DNA from: Planctomycetota bacterium
GTDB taxonomy: Bacteria > Planctomycetota > PLA2 > JAEUHO01
Reading direction: 5' to 3'
Length of the DNA stretch: 64,000 nucleotides
NCBI GenBank assembly: GCA_965222115.1
Contig: CBDCTJ010000007.1
Coordinates: 1,024,001-1,088,000, forward strand
The notes beneath the pieces are model-generated. The model ran no database searches. It was not told where the DNA came from and was given only the letters and a program-made list of their open reading frames with translations. Below, one piece after another: positions 28,141-37,933 of the stretch. Position 1 is the first letter of the stretch. Each line of letters opens with the position of its first letter. Made by a program: the position numbers and the translations under genes.

Positions 28141-29859
28141 GTGAGAAACGAACAAGCAAACTCCTTCCGTACCCGAGTCCTCGCTTGCGCGCTGATTTTG
28201 TTGGCGTGTCTCTTGTGTCGTCCAGCGCCAGTGCACGCCAAGTGGGGCGACGACATTAATGCCGGTGCGGGACCGCGATTGATCGATCGCATTCGAACCG
28301 GTTTGAAGAATGTGTTGGATACGCCGGAAGATCGGCGGGAAGAAGTCATCGCGCGTTTTGTGGACGTACACGCCGAGCCGCATACTGAGTCGCTCAAGCG
28401 CTTTCGTAACCCTGAGTTCAAGGCGCTCTTTGTGCGCATGCTGAATCATGCATCCTGGAAGATCAAGCATCGCGCGCTCTTTGCGCTTGAGTACTATCGT
28501 GATCCTGGAGTGTTGAAGCATGTATGGCCCTTCCTCGAAGACAAGGAGGCTCGGCTTCGTGAGAAGGCCGCGATTACGACCATCAAGTTATGGGGTAAGG
28601 GTGCGCCTAAGCCGCCGAAGTCGATCGAGTCGTTGCTTGAGGTTGAGAAAGACCTTCATGTGCGTTCATGTCTGCACGCGCTTCAGGCGCGCATGAGCGG
28701 CAAGCTATATGTGGAGCGCGTCTACGATGAAGTGCTCATCGATCTCGACGGTGGACTGAAGATCACACCGTTTGTCAGCGGCCTTGCGAGTGCCAAGAGT
28801 TCCGTGCCGAGCTACAAGGCCAATGTGCAGTCGCGCTCGGGTGGTGGCAGCGCGACAAAGTTGCCCGCGACTTCGCGCTGGACCACGCCGCTCTTGGGCT
28901 ACGGCGATGAAGAGGTCAAGGGCGCGTCGTTACAGCCGTTTGCCAACTTGCGCGGTGGCGGCAAGACCTATCACACCGGGCAAGACGTGGGCGCCTCGCT
29001 TGATGGGGCGGGTTACTACGCGCCCGCCGATGGCATTGTCCGTTTGATTCATACGGGCAGCGACATGGGGACCTTGATCGTTGTTGAGCATCATCTTGGC
29101 GATAAAGGCCTCGTGAATGGCGTCTACATGCACGGCGGCGATACGGTTTTCGTGAAAGCAGGCGACAAAGTGACGTGTGGGCAGCTACTGGGCACCATGG
29201 GCATGAGCTTTAGCATTGAGAACGGCGGCCACTATTCCCATTTACACTACGGTATGTATCCCGGTCCGTTTTCGATGACGCATAACTATGGGTACAAGCC
29301 GGTCAAAGCAGGGCTTGCGGACTGGTACGACCCGGCCAAGTTCCTGCCTCTTTGGATAGAACGAACGGCGCCGCTCATAAACGAGTTTCTTGGGGCGCCC
29401 AAAGAGCTCGCAGGCATTGCCAAGCTCATCCGCGAAGGTGCCCACGGGAAGGCCTACGCCCTGCTCCACTTGTCCATGGATTCGCTGAATGGAGACAGTG
29501 CCAAGCGCGTGGGCGAGGCAATGAGAATCGCGCTGGAGTTAGTTCCAACCGCTGCAATGTCTCGTGCCACTACACTTCGTGGCAAGGGCTATCCTAAGGA
29601 GGCGCTACGTGTCCTGGTTGATGTGGGCGCGCGTGCAAAGGGCATTCCCGGGATCGGTTCACTGACGGAGACGTCCAGTACCTGGAAGAAGGACAAGGCC
29701 TTCAAAGCCGAACTCAAGGCCGAGAAGGCGTTCAAGAAGGCCGTAAAATCCGCCGCCGAGCAAAAGGACGCAAAGAAGCGCGACGCGATTTGGAGTAAGG
29801 CACTCAAGGCGAGCACCGGTACGCCCGTGGAGCAGCGAGTCAAGGAGAAGATGAAGTAG
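28141..29859 (+). CDS. Secreted HEAT-repeat + M23 metallopeptidase
   Basis: Signal peptide ending PVHA; HEAT-like repeats; HTGQD (HxxxD), YMH and HLHY (HxH) Zn motifs. Confidence 0.82.
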   Translation: MRNEQANSFRTRVLACALILLACLLCRPAPVHAKWGDDINAGAGPRLIDRIRTGLKNVLDTPEDRREEVIARFVDVHAEPHTESLKRFRNPEFKALFVRMLNHASWKIKHRALFALEYYRDPGVLKHVWPFLEDKEARLREKAAITTIKLWGKGAPKPPKSIESLLEVEKDLHVRSCLHALQARMSGKLYVERVYDEVLIDLDGGLKITPFVSGLASAKSSVPSYKANVQSRSGGGSATKLPATSRWTTPLLGYGDEEVKGASLQPFANLRGGGKTYHTGQDVGASLDGAGYYAPADGIVRLIHTGSDMGTLIVVEHHLGDKGLVNGVYMHGGDTVFVKAGDKVTCGQLLGTMGMSFSIENGGHYSHLHYGMYPGPFSMTHNYGYKPVKAGLADWYDPAKFLPLWIERTAPLINEFLGAPKELAGIAKLIREGAHGKAYALLHLSMDSLNGDSAKRVGEAMRIALELVPTAAMSRATTLRGKGYPKEALRVLVDVGARAKGIPGIGSLTETSSTWKKDKAFKAELKAEKAFKKAVKSAAEQKDAKKRDAIWSKALKASTGTPVEQRVKEKMK

Positions 29860-29863
29860 TCGT

Positions 29864-32098
29864 TTAGCGCCCCGTCGTGAAACTCCAACGAATCGTGCCG
29901 TGGCCGGGCACATGTGTGGCGGTTACGTGGTATGTGGTGCGGGACTTGAGGCGCTGCTTGGGAATCAGGCAGTAGGCACCGCGAGGTGCCAGTTCTGGGT
30001 TCGTGGGTTTGTCTGGTGTCGAGTAGTGACAGGGTACGACATCGCCGGTTACGGAACCGACTCGTAGCGACATCTCAATGGGCGGGTCCACGCGTTGCCA
30101 ATAGATCTGTAGTGTGATTGGGTAGCCCCACGCTGTTTGATCCTCTCCCGGCACGGGATGGGGCATCTCGCCGGAGGCGAAATGGGTTGGCAGTGCTCTG
30201 CCGTTACGCGGGGGCCACACAACAACGTGCGGTGCTTGGACGTCGATGCGTAGGGAAGAGGTGTCGAGCACGGCAATGCCCTTCTTGAACCCGTAGCCGA
30301 CATGGAGCAGCCCGGGATCGAGCAACGGCAGTCGATGATAAAACGTGCCCATCCACCAATCGAGGGCCTGCTTGGTGTCACGAGCGCCTGTTGCGATGAC
30401 ACTGTTCTTTGCGGCGCGCGCACCTTCCTGCGTAAAGCCCTTTTGTCCTGGAACTTCGGCATGAATGTCGGGCCACTTCGATGCTTCGTCGGGGTGCAGC
30501 AGTAGGTAGGCCGCATGATTCTTGGCGCCTTCGCAAAGTGCGCGATCGAGCGTGAGATCCTCCGGTGCCTTTTGACGGGCGTCGAATGACTTGCGCCGAA
30601 TGCCATTGAGGTAGGCCAGCCACGCAGCCGTATCCTTTGGGTTGCCAAGGTCCGGCTGATCCAGCCGCTCGGCGAGCCCTTCGTTTACTCCGAGTAGCCA
30701 CTTATGAAAGCGCTGCTCAAATTCAGCGAGCGATGTGCCAAGCGCCTTCGCCATTGCGGGCGGGATTTCGGCGCTCGCTTGCTTTTTCGTTGGACGCGTC
30801 GCCATCACAACCTTCAAAAATTCGCGGTTCTCTTGGAGATATTCCGTAACTACGGTGGTCTTGAGCAGGTTTACGCCGCCAATGTCAACGTAGTCATTGA
30901 GCATGGCGCGTGACCACGCTGGAGCCTCACCGCGTTGTGTGGCGTAGCGCAGCCACGCGCGCGTACCAAATAGGCCCGCGCTCGACAACACCTTGAAGTA
31001 CTCGCGTTCGCGTTCATGGGCGGGCGAAGCCGTCGTGGGTTTGTGCTTTTTGCCTTGATCGATTCGATTGAGTCGAGGCATGGGGACGCCGAGGTATCGC
31101 AGACAGAGCCAGTTGACGTGGCCACGACCGAGACAGGGCTGAATGCGGCGACCGTACAGCGCCCACTCCGAGTCCCGCCAGCAACACCACATGACCATGG
31201 CGTTCTGACTGACTTCCACCTGTGGACGCGACACGACGGTGTTGTCTATCCAATGGAAGTCCCATCCCTTGATGACATTCGATGTCTTCTTGTCGATGGT
31301 GCCCGCTTGTTCCGCGAGTTTGCGCCAGCGGTCGAAGTCGTCTCGCTCATCCAAGATCACGATTTCGGGGCGCCCGCGTTCCTTTGGAACCTTGATCTCT
31401 CCGGTGTCAAACCAATGCGACAGTGCCATCATGCGTACGCCGGTCGTTACGAGACGCCGCAGTCGTGCTTCGTTGGTCTTGTGGGCCTCGATCACGACGG
31501 GCCCAGCCTCGAGGCGCACGCCCTTCTCGCCATAGACCTGTACGATGGTCTTGTTTTGGCTGACGCTCGTCTTGATGTCCACCGACAACGCTCTTGCACG
31601 CATCAATGCGTGTTCGATTTCGTGCGATCGCGTTCGTTGCGCGTCGCCCTTCTTGGTGAACCACATGCCTTCACGCTTGATATGGCCGAGCAGTTTGTGG
31701 GCCTCGTCTTGATTCGCGGAGAGACGGATCATGATCGATGCGATCGTCCGCTGCTTGCCTTCGTCTTTGGTGGCATTCAGCGTTCGTGCGAGCGACTTGT
31801 TTAGCTTACGGAGTCGTTCGGCAAGCTTGGGTGCATATGCAGCGCGCGACGTACTTGTGTTGCCCGCTTTCCCGACCGCGGCTTCTATCTTTTTGCGAAT
31901 TCGATCCGGCGTATTCGCGTCCTTCAGAATCCCCAACAACAAGTCAGCATCCGCCGCCCGCCCTTTCGCCGCGAGTTCCTTGGCAACTTTGCCGAGTTCT
32001 TTGATCGCGGTAGCCGGCAAAACGGCGAGCTCGGACTTTCCGTGGGTGTCGGACGGGCAAGTCACAAGCACCAACAGCAGCATCATCCAGCGCGCCAT
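29864..32098 (-). CDS. Secreted protein with C-terminal CAP/SCP domain
   Basis: AGGAGG RBS before ATG 32098; signal peptide; YLNGIR, AKNHAAYL, WWMGTFYHRLPLLDP..VGYG. Confidence 0.78.
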   Translation of the reverse strand: MARWMMLLLVLVTCPSDTHGKSELAVLPATAIKELGKVAKELAAKGRAADADLLLGILKDANTPDRIRKKIEAAVGKAGNTSTSRAAYAPKLAERLRKLNKSLARTLNATKDEGKQRTIASIMIRLSANQDEAHKLLGHIKREGMWFTKKGDAQRTRSHEIEHALMRARALSVDIKTSVSQNKTIVQVYGEKGVRLEAGPVVIEAHKTNEARLRRLVTTGVRMMALSHWFDTGEIKVPKERGRPEIVILDERDDFDRWRKLAEQAGTIDKKTSNVIKGWDFHWIDNTVVSRPQVEVSQNAMVMWCCWRDSEWALYGRRIQPCLGRGHVNWLCLRYLGVPMPRLNRIDQGKKHKPTTASPAHEREREYFKVLSSAGLFGTRAWLRYATQRGEAPAWSRAMLNDYVDIGGVNLLKTTVVTEYLQENREFLKVVMATRPTKKQASAEIPPAMAKALGTSLAEFEQRFHKWLLGVNEGLAERLDQPDLGNPKDTAAWLAYLNGIRRKSFDARQKAPEDLTLDRALCEGAKNHAAYLLLHPDEASKWPDIHAEVPGQKGFTQEGARAAKNSVIATGARDTKQALDWWMGTFYHRLPLLDPGLLHVGYGFKKGIAVLDTSSLRIDVQAPHVVVWPPRNGRALPTHFASGEMPHPVPGEDQTAWGYPITLQIYWQRVDPPIEMSLRVGSVTGDVVPCHYSTPDKPTNPELAPRGAYCLIPKQRLKSRTTYHVTATHVPGHGTIRWSFTTGR

Positions 32099-32256
32099 GC
32101 GTCCTCCTGTTCGTCGCCGCATCCTATTCGTGTTCCCCCTCGAATTCGCATCTTGCTCAGGATGAGAGGCTCCATGGACGCGAAAGTAGATTTCTGTGGA
32201 ACGCACGCGCTTCCCGATCGTAGAGGATGGTGAATAGCTAGACAGGGAGCACCTCG

Positions 32257-32820
32257 CTGAACGACGACCTTGCCAGCAATAGAGACCCTGCCGCCATTCG
32301 CGCTGTGCTTGCCGGAGACGCCGAGCGTTTTCGCGAGTTGGTGCGTCGATACCAAGGCCCGGTGTTTGCCGTGTTGCGCTCGTTCCTTGGTAACGCGACC
32401 TTGGTTGAGGATCTGGCGCAAGAGACGTTTCTCACCGCCCTCGAACGCTTGGACCAGTTTGACCCATCGCGTGGCGCGTTTCGGCCCTGGTTGCTGATGA
32501 TCGCCAGAAACAAATGTCGCGACGCCCTGCGACGACAACGGCGTACGCCCGTCTCCTACGCATTTGAGATACCCCCCTCCTCAGGTGCATGTGCCGCAAG
32601 CGACGCCGCAATCGATAAGGCGCTCGATCGTGCCTTGGGGCGACTTTCACCAGACCATCGATTGGCGTTCTTGTTGACACAGATCTACGGCGTGTCGGTC
32701 TCTGAGGTCGCCGAGCTGGAAGGGGTCGCGGAAGGCACGGTGAGGTCACGTTGTGCCCGTGCGCGAATCGCGCTACGCGAATCGTTGCAGGTATTGGAAG
32801 AACCGAGGAAGACAGGATGA
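32257..32820 (+). CDS. ECF RNA polymerase sigma factor (probable CTG start)
   Basis: GDAERFRELVRRY, EDLAQETFL, FRPWLLMIARN, EGTVRSR. The frame is open back to CTG 32257, which follows AGGGAG; GTG 32305 would truncate region 1.2. Confidence 0.85.
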   Translation: MNDDLASNRDPAAIRAVLAGDAERFRELVRRYQGPVFAVLRSFLGNATLVEDLAQETFLTALERLDQFDPSRGAFRPWLLMIARNKCRDALRRQRRTPVSYAFEIPPSSGACAASDAAIDKALDRALGRLSPDHRLAFLLTQIYGVSVSEVAELEGVAEGTVRSRCARARIALRESLQVLEEPRKTG

Positions 32821-33038
32821 GCATCGACGAACGGCTGAATACCTACATAGATTCTGCGCGCGAACGCATAGCTCCAGCCGATTTTGCGGATCGATTTCCG
32901 ATTCCGTCGCAGTCCTCGCCGAGTCCATGGACACGGTTGTGGTCCAAGCCCTGGTTGCGTGCTGCGGTGTGGGTGGTTGGGACTTCAATCTTTGCATTTC
33001 GATTTCTTGCGCTCGTTGCGTTCTTGGTTGCGAGTTAG
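32817..33038 (+). CDS. Small single-TM protein, candidate anti-sigma factor
   Basis: ATGA overlap with the sigma stop; 73 aa, soluble N-terminus and C-terminal hydrophobic helix. Confidence 0.6.
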   Translation: MSIDERLNTYIDSARERIAPADFADRFPIPSQSSPSPWTRLWSKPWLRAAVWVVGTSIFAFRFLALVAFLVAS

Positions 33039-33046
33039 GAGCGTTG

Positions 33047-33814
33047 ATGACTGATTCGAGTGAGATTTCTCGACGCCGCATTCCCAGTGTGGCTGCGCTG
33101 CTTTCGCTGGTGATGCCCGGTGTAGGGCACGTCTACGCGGGTCGCGAACAACGCGGCATGGTGATCCTGCTCCTGACGATGTTCGTTCCCGTGGCGCTAT
33201 TTTTGCTGGCGGTGGCGCCGCCTTCACGCGTTGTGCTATTTGCCATCGGCGGCTTTCTGATCTTTGCGTTGTGCTTGTATGTATTCGCCATCATCGATGC
33301 CTACCGAGTTGCACTTAAAGCGCGTTCCGCATCGAGCGTGGGTCCCTATCAGCGTCCAGCCGTGTATGCGACTTTGCTTTTGTTGGGCTTGAGTTGGTGC
33401 GTCGGCGGGCACCTATTGGTTCGCTCCCATGCTTTGCAGGCCTATGTCGTGCCAACGTCGAGCATGAAGCCATCGATTCAGTCCATGGATCGCATTTTGG
33501 TGAGTACGTGGGGAGCGCCCGAGGCATCGCGCGGGGATATCATCATCTTTCGACCGCCGCATGAGCCGTATCGTTATTTCATCAAGCGGGTGACCGCTGT
33601 AGCGGGCGACGAAGTGAGGGGTGAGACGTTGCCGCCCGGAACGATATGGGTCGAGGGCGACAATCGGAGTCACTCGTTGGATAGTCGCAAGTTCGGTGCC
33701 GTGCCGATGGCGTCAGTCGTTGGAAGGGCTGTGTATCGCTTCTGGAGCAAAGGCGGGATACAGCTCGACGTATTGAAGCCGCATGTTCCACGTCCGGCGA
33801 CACCTTCGAGATAA
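33047..33814 (+). CDS. lepB: Signal peptidase I with extra N-terminal TM helices
   Basis: AGGAG RBS; PTSSMKP (catalytic Ser), FIKRV (Lys), GDNRSHSLDSR; N-terminal AALLSLVMPGVGHVY membrane module. Confidence 0.88.
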   Translation: MTDSSEISRRRIPSVAALLSLVMPGVGHVYAGREQRGMVILLLTMFVPVALFLLAVAPPSRVVLFAIGGFLIFALCLYVFAIIDAYRVALKARSASSVGPYQRPAVYATLLLLGLSWCVGGHLLVRSHALQAYVVPTSSMKPSIQSMDRILVSTWGAPEASRGDIIIFRPPHEPYRYFIKRVTAVAGDEVRGETLPPGTIWVEGDNRSHSLDSRKFGAVPMASVVGRAVYRFWSKGGIQLDVLKPHVPRPATPSR

Positions 33815-33873
33815 GCTAAAGCAGGTTTTGCTGAACCCCTGCGGGCGTGCTCGTTCGTTCTTAAGATGTGAGT

Positions 33874-36456
33874 ATGCGGTTCAACGACAACGAGACGCTG
33901 GAGCAGTTGCTCGCCCATCACGGGTGGCTTGAGCGGCTTGCCCACGCGTTGATCCCTGATCCGGGTCGTGCCGACGATGCGGTGCAAGAGGTGTGGCTGC
34001 GCGCAATGCGCACGCCGCCTGCATCGAGACGATCTGTACGCGGCTGGCTTGGGACCGTATTGCGTCGCGTTGCGATTGATCGGCATCGAGCCGACGCGCG
34101 CCGCACAGATCTCGAACGACGTGTAGCCGTTCCGTTCGAACGAAGCGTGAACGCCGACGAGGCGATGTGCAGTGTGGAGACCCAGCAGCAGGTGGCGCGT
34201 GTCGTGCTCGGACTCGATGAGCCGTACCGCGGCGTTGTGCTACTGCGCTACTTCGCGGGGCACTCGATCATGGAGATCGCGCGATTGCAGTCGGCCCCGG
34301 TGGAAACGGTGCGAACAAGACTTCGACGCGCGCGTGGGCAACTGCGCCGTGAGTTGGATCGCGGGTTTGGAAGCCGATCGGGGTGGCACGCGGCGCTGTG
34401 GCCGCTCGTCGGTTCCGACTTCGTTCGCGCAAGCAGTTCTGTAACTACATCAGGCCTTGCATCCGCAAGTGCATCCTCGGTATCGTCCGGGGGATTACCC
34501 TTAGGAGTTGTTATGGGCGCCAAGTTGGCTGTCGCCTTGGGCATTGCTGCAATCGTTGCCGTTGGCTGGCTGCTTTTGCAAGATGCCGCGTCTACTCAAG
34601 CAAGTGATACTGCGAGCACGAATATTGCCGTTGACGAGCATGCGTCGACCGACAACGTCATGCTCGAAGGACGCCGTAATGACGTCCGGCCAACGCGTAG
34701 CGCAGATTCCTCATCGCGGGGCGTGTCCGGCCGCGAGACGAGCTCAACCCAGGCACAACGCCAGTCAGCGTCTGGCGCGGATGGGAACAAGGCGATTGCC
34801 TACGAAGGCACGCCCGCGGGGGACGGGCGCTTGGTAGGCCGCATCGTGGATAGCGAGCAGCAGCCCGTAGTGGGTGCGCATCTTCACGTGCGTTACTTGG
34901 TGAAAACGAAGGGGACGAGCAACCGTAGCGATGCCCCCGGTGCAGTGCTCACTGATGAAGATGGTTACTTTCGTTTCGACAACCTTAAAGCGGGTCGTTA
35001 TGCTGTCGTTGTGTCGTCGGGCGGATTCGTGACAGAAAACATGATCTCGCGCTCGGGTGGCGCACCGCTCGTCATCGCACTTGAGAAGGCGCATTCAATT
35101 TCGGGCGTGCTTGTTGATAAAGAAACGGGTGATCCGATTGCTGGCGTTTGGATACGCGCAAAGGACATTCGCCGGTCTTCTGTGACGACCGTGCAAAGCG
35201 CACAGACGGACGACACGGGCCAGTTTACGTTGGCCGGTCTTCGTGAGGGCAATCACGAGATTTCCTACGGGTCGCCGTGGCAAAACGGGAGCAACGCGGC
35301 GCACACGTTCGTGCCCGGACGCGTGAACATCGAGTCTGGGACGAGTGACGTGCGATTGGAGGCCGATCCCGGCCTCGTGATCGAAGGTGAGATCCGCGAT
35401 GCGTCCGGTTCGCTTGTTTCGGAGAGCATGGACGTACGCGTCATGCGTTACAACGAACGCGGTGATCCCGATTACAGTACTCGACGCGGCGCTAGATCCA
35501 CCGAGCACGGCGCGTTTCGCATCACGGGGCTTGTCGGAGGTCGCTACACACTGACGGTCCAACCGCAACCAACGAAAGATGGCGATCAAGCGCTAACCTC
35601 AGCCTTTCGAATGGATGACGTCGAGGCGGGCACCCAAGGCCTGGTTGTGCAACTTCAAAGCGGTACGCCGCTCAAGGGAAGGGTGCTCGATCGCGAGGGG
35701 AACCCGGTAACCGTCCAGGGCAATGTCTACGTCTATCCCACCGGATCATCGGCAGGGACGCAAGGCTCAGTCATCACCCGTGCGAGTAGTAAGGGAACGT
35801 TCTCGTCGCCACCGCTCGATACCGGTCGATCCTATTCTGTCTACGCTACGCATTTCCCTGGGTTCATGAGTAAGACGGTTGAGAACGTGTTTCCAAGTGG
35901 CGAGACGTTGGACATCGTGCTTGAGCCCGCGGGCGTCATTCGCGGCCATGTCGTTGATGAATTGGGCAAAAGAGTTGGCATGGGATTGATGGTGACGGCA
36001 CGCGCCACCGACGTGGAACCAGGAACGAAGGGGCGAGGATGGGTGGCGTACACCCGCACAGATGGTTCCTTTGAGATGAGTAACTTAGGTGCGTTTACCT
36101 TTTCATTGGCGGCGGGAGGCGCGTCATCGAGCTACGTTGCGGCCAAGCCGTTGCGTGGTATCAAGCCCGGCGCAGACGACGTTGTTTTGACCGTAAGGCC
36201 CGGGCACACGTTTTCGGGGAAGCTCATCAATGCCCAGGGCAATCCAATGACGACGCACCATTTGGGCGCATCGCCAATCGGAACACACTCCCCTAGCGCA
36301 TGGACGCGCATCGAGTCTGAGGATGGAAGCTTTATCTTGCGAGGACTGCCAAAAGGGAAGATCTATGTTCACGCCATCATCGGTGGTAAATCCGTGGGGT
36401 TGGGCACTCACACCGTACCGGCCACAGACGTAACAATTACGGCGCCTGATAACTAA
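33874..36456 (+). CDS. ECF sigma factor fused via a TM helix to carboxypeptidase-regulatory-like repeats
   Basis: ADDAVQEVW, GWLGTV, ETVRTRLRRAR; TM helix; repeated G.IVD..G.P..GA / TD..G.F...L..G.Y modules. Start 33868 or 33874. Confidence 0.87.
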   Translation: MRFNDNETLEQLLAHHGWLERLAHALIPDPGRADDAVQEVWLRAMRTPPASRRSVRGWLGTVLRRVAIDRHRADARRTDLERRVAVPFERSVNADEAMCSVETQQQVARVVLGLDEPYRGVVLLRYFAGHSIMEIARLQSAPVETVRTRLRRARGQLRRELDRGFGSRSGWHAALWPLVGSDFVRASSSVTTSGLASASASSVSSGGLPLGVVMGAKLAVALGIAAIVAVGWLLLQDAASTQASDTASTNIAVDEHASTDNVMLEGRRNDVRPTRSADSSSRGVSGRETSSTQAQRQSASGADGNKAIAYEGTPAGDGRLVGRIVDSEQQPVVGAHLHVRYLVKTKGTSNRSDAPGAVLTDEDGYFRFDNLKAGRYAVVVSSGGFVTENMISRSGGAPLVIALEKAHSISGVLVDKETGDPIAGVWIRAKDIRRSSVTTVQSAQTDDTGQFTLAGLREGNHEISYGSPWQNGSNAAHTFVPGRVNIESGTSDVRLEADPGLVIEGEIRDASGSLVSESMDVRVMRYNERGDPDYSTRRGARSTEHGAFRITGLVGGRYTLTVQPQPTKDGDQALTSAFRMDDVEAGTQGLVVQLQSGTPLKGRVLDREGNPVTVQGNVYVYPTGSSAGTQGSVITRASSKGTFSSPPLDTGRSYSVYATHFPGFMSKTVENVFPSGETLDIVLEPAGVIRGHVVDELGKRVGMGLMVTARATDVEPGTKGRGWVAYTRTDGSFEMSNLGAFTFSLAAGGASSSYVAAKPLRGIKPGADDVVLTVRPGHTFSGKLINAQGNPMTTHHLGASPIGTHSPSAWTRIESEDGSFILRGLPKGKIYVHAIIGGKSVGLGTHTVPATDVTITAPDN

Positions 36457-36902
36457 CGCCCTTGTGTGCGCGCAACTTGACCCGCGCCGACGAGCATGCG
36501 CGCCCATCGCAATCGATCTGCGGACCGTGCCCATCGAATCCACTCGCCATCAATCGTAAGAACGGCCGGGATGCCGAGCCTCGTTCGAGGAGCGACGCGT
36601 AGCACATGGTCTGCGTGCGTCAGTGCATCCAAGAAATCATGTTCGCTGGACCACGACAGTTTTATGTCGGCGTCGGGTTGGCCGCGTAGTGCCTCTAGGT
36701 AGCGGTCAAACTCCTCATCGTCCTCACGTGTTAGTGCAAGCGACGCTTCGCATCCGTGGAGCACGCGCATGGCCGTGGGGCGACCTACCGCGAGTTCACT
36801 CACGAGAATTCGCAAGCCTTCTCGGTCTCCCACGACGTTTCCAGGGAGTGCCCACAGCAAGAGTGTCTGAGGTGCTACGGAGGACGCGGCTTCATTTGTC
36901 AC
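36453..36902 (-). CDS. DsrF/TusC-like protein with C-terminal extension
   Basis: GTGA overlap with the upstream DsrE-like gene; REGL and ..ADHVLR motifs reminiscent of DsrF. Confidence 0.45.
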   Translation of the reverse strand: MTNEAASSVAPQTLLLWALPGNVVGDREGLRILVSELAVGRPTAMRVLHGCEASLALTREDDEEFDRYLEALRGQPDADIKLSWSSEHDFLDALTHADHVLRVAPRTRLGIPAVLTIDGEWIRWARSADRLRWARMLVGAGQVARTQGR

Positions 36903-37240
36903 GGGAGTACCACCCATAACGCTGAATCTCCGCGTTCACCCAACCAAGTCGCGAGGCTTGTCCACGCACAGCCATGGGGCGCGTCCTCAAGCGTCCAATT
37001 CGCGTCGCCGGCGTGTCTTGAGCAGACCGCTAGAGACCATCCGCGCGCGCGCCATGTACTCAAGTCCGCCTTGCGATCCCGCCACGCGAGCCCCTCGGCC
37101 GTCAACAACAGGCCGACATGGCGATTCGCAACCTGCCATGCACGGGCCAGCATGGCGTGCGCACTCGGGTCATTCGGGCTCGATGAGAGGACGATGGAAA
37201 TGCGCGCGGCTGGGGGATTGGTAGTCGCGACGGGGTTCAT
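36899..37240 (-). CDS. DsrE/TusD-like protein
   Basis: ISIVLSSSP, LLLTAEG, LAVCSRHA (conserved Cys position), SLATW. Confidence 0.55.
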   Translation of the reverse strand: MNPVATTNPPAARISIVLSSSPNDPSAHAMLARAWQVANRHVGLLLTAEGLAWRDRKADLSTWRARGWSLAVCSRHAGDANWTLEDAPHGCAWTSLATWLGERGDSALWVVLP

Positions 37241-37333
37241 GCGAGCCGCAGGGTACCCGCGCCACCGGCAGCGCGCTGCCCGTGTTGGGGTAGCATGGCC
37301 CGTCCGTGCTCAAGGGAGCCGGAGGGATGCGCC

Positions 37334-37933
37334 ATGAACCTCGATCCGGATCTGGCGACCCTCGACCGTCTCCGAGCGGGCAACCAGGCGGCCAAGCAAG
37401 AAGCCTTGGCCGAGCTCTACCGGCGTCACAAGGACCGCGTCTTCAACGTTGCCTACCGCGTGCTCGGCGATTGGAACGAGGCCCACGATGTGGTGCAGGA
37501 CGTGTTCATCAAACTGCCGCGCAGCGTGCGTTCTTTCCGCGGCGATGCCAAGTTCAAGTCGTGGATCTATCGCTTGGCTGTCAATCGCTCCATCGACGCT
37601 CACCGCAGGCGCGCGCGGCGTGCGTCGTCGGGTCTGGATGAGTCGGCGTCCGGGGCCCACGAAGAGCGCGCCATGACGTCGCCGCCGCCGCCGCAACCTG
37701 AGGTGCCTGTGCGCATTCAAGAACGTGATGCGCGCGTGCAGGCAGCGCTCAATAGCCTATCGCCCAAGTTGCGCGCTGCGGCCGTCCTGCGCTACATCGA
37801 AGGGTTGAGCTACGAAGAACTCGCCGAGGCGTTGGATGCGTCGATGGGGACCATCAAGAGCCGGCTCAACCGCGCGCACACCGCACTTTCGCGCATACTG
37901 TTGGAGATGGATCCCGACGGACCAAGTGAATGA
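37334..37933 (+). CDS. ECF RNA polymerase sigma factor (RpoE/SigW-like)
   Basis: GGAGG RBS; EAHDVVQDVF, FRGDAKFKSWIYRLAVN, LSYEELA..GTIKSRLNRA. Confidence 0.92.
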   Translation: MNLDPDLATLDRLRAGNQAAKQEALAELYRRHKDRVFNVAYRVLGDWNEAHDVVQDVFIKLPRSVRSFRGDAKFKSWIYRLAVNRSIDAHRRRARRASSGLDESASGAHEERAMTSPPPPQPEVPVRIQERDARVQAALNSLSPKLRAAAVLRYIEGLSYEELAEALDASMGTIKSRLNRAHTALSRILLEMDPDGPSE

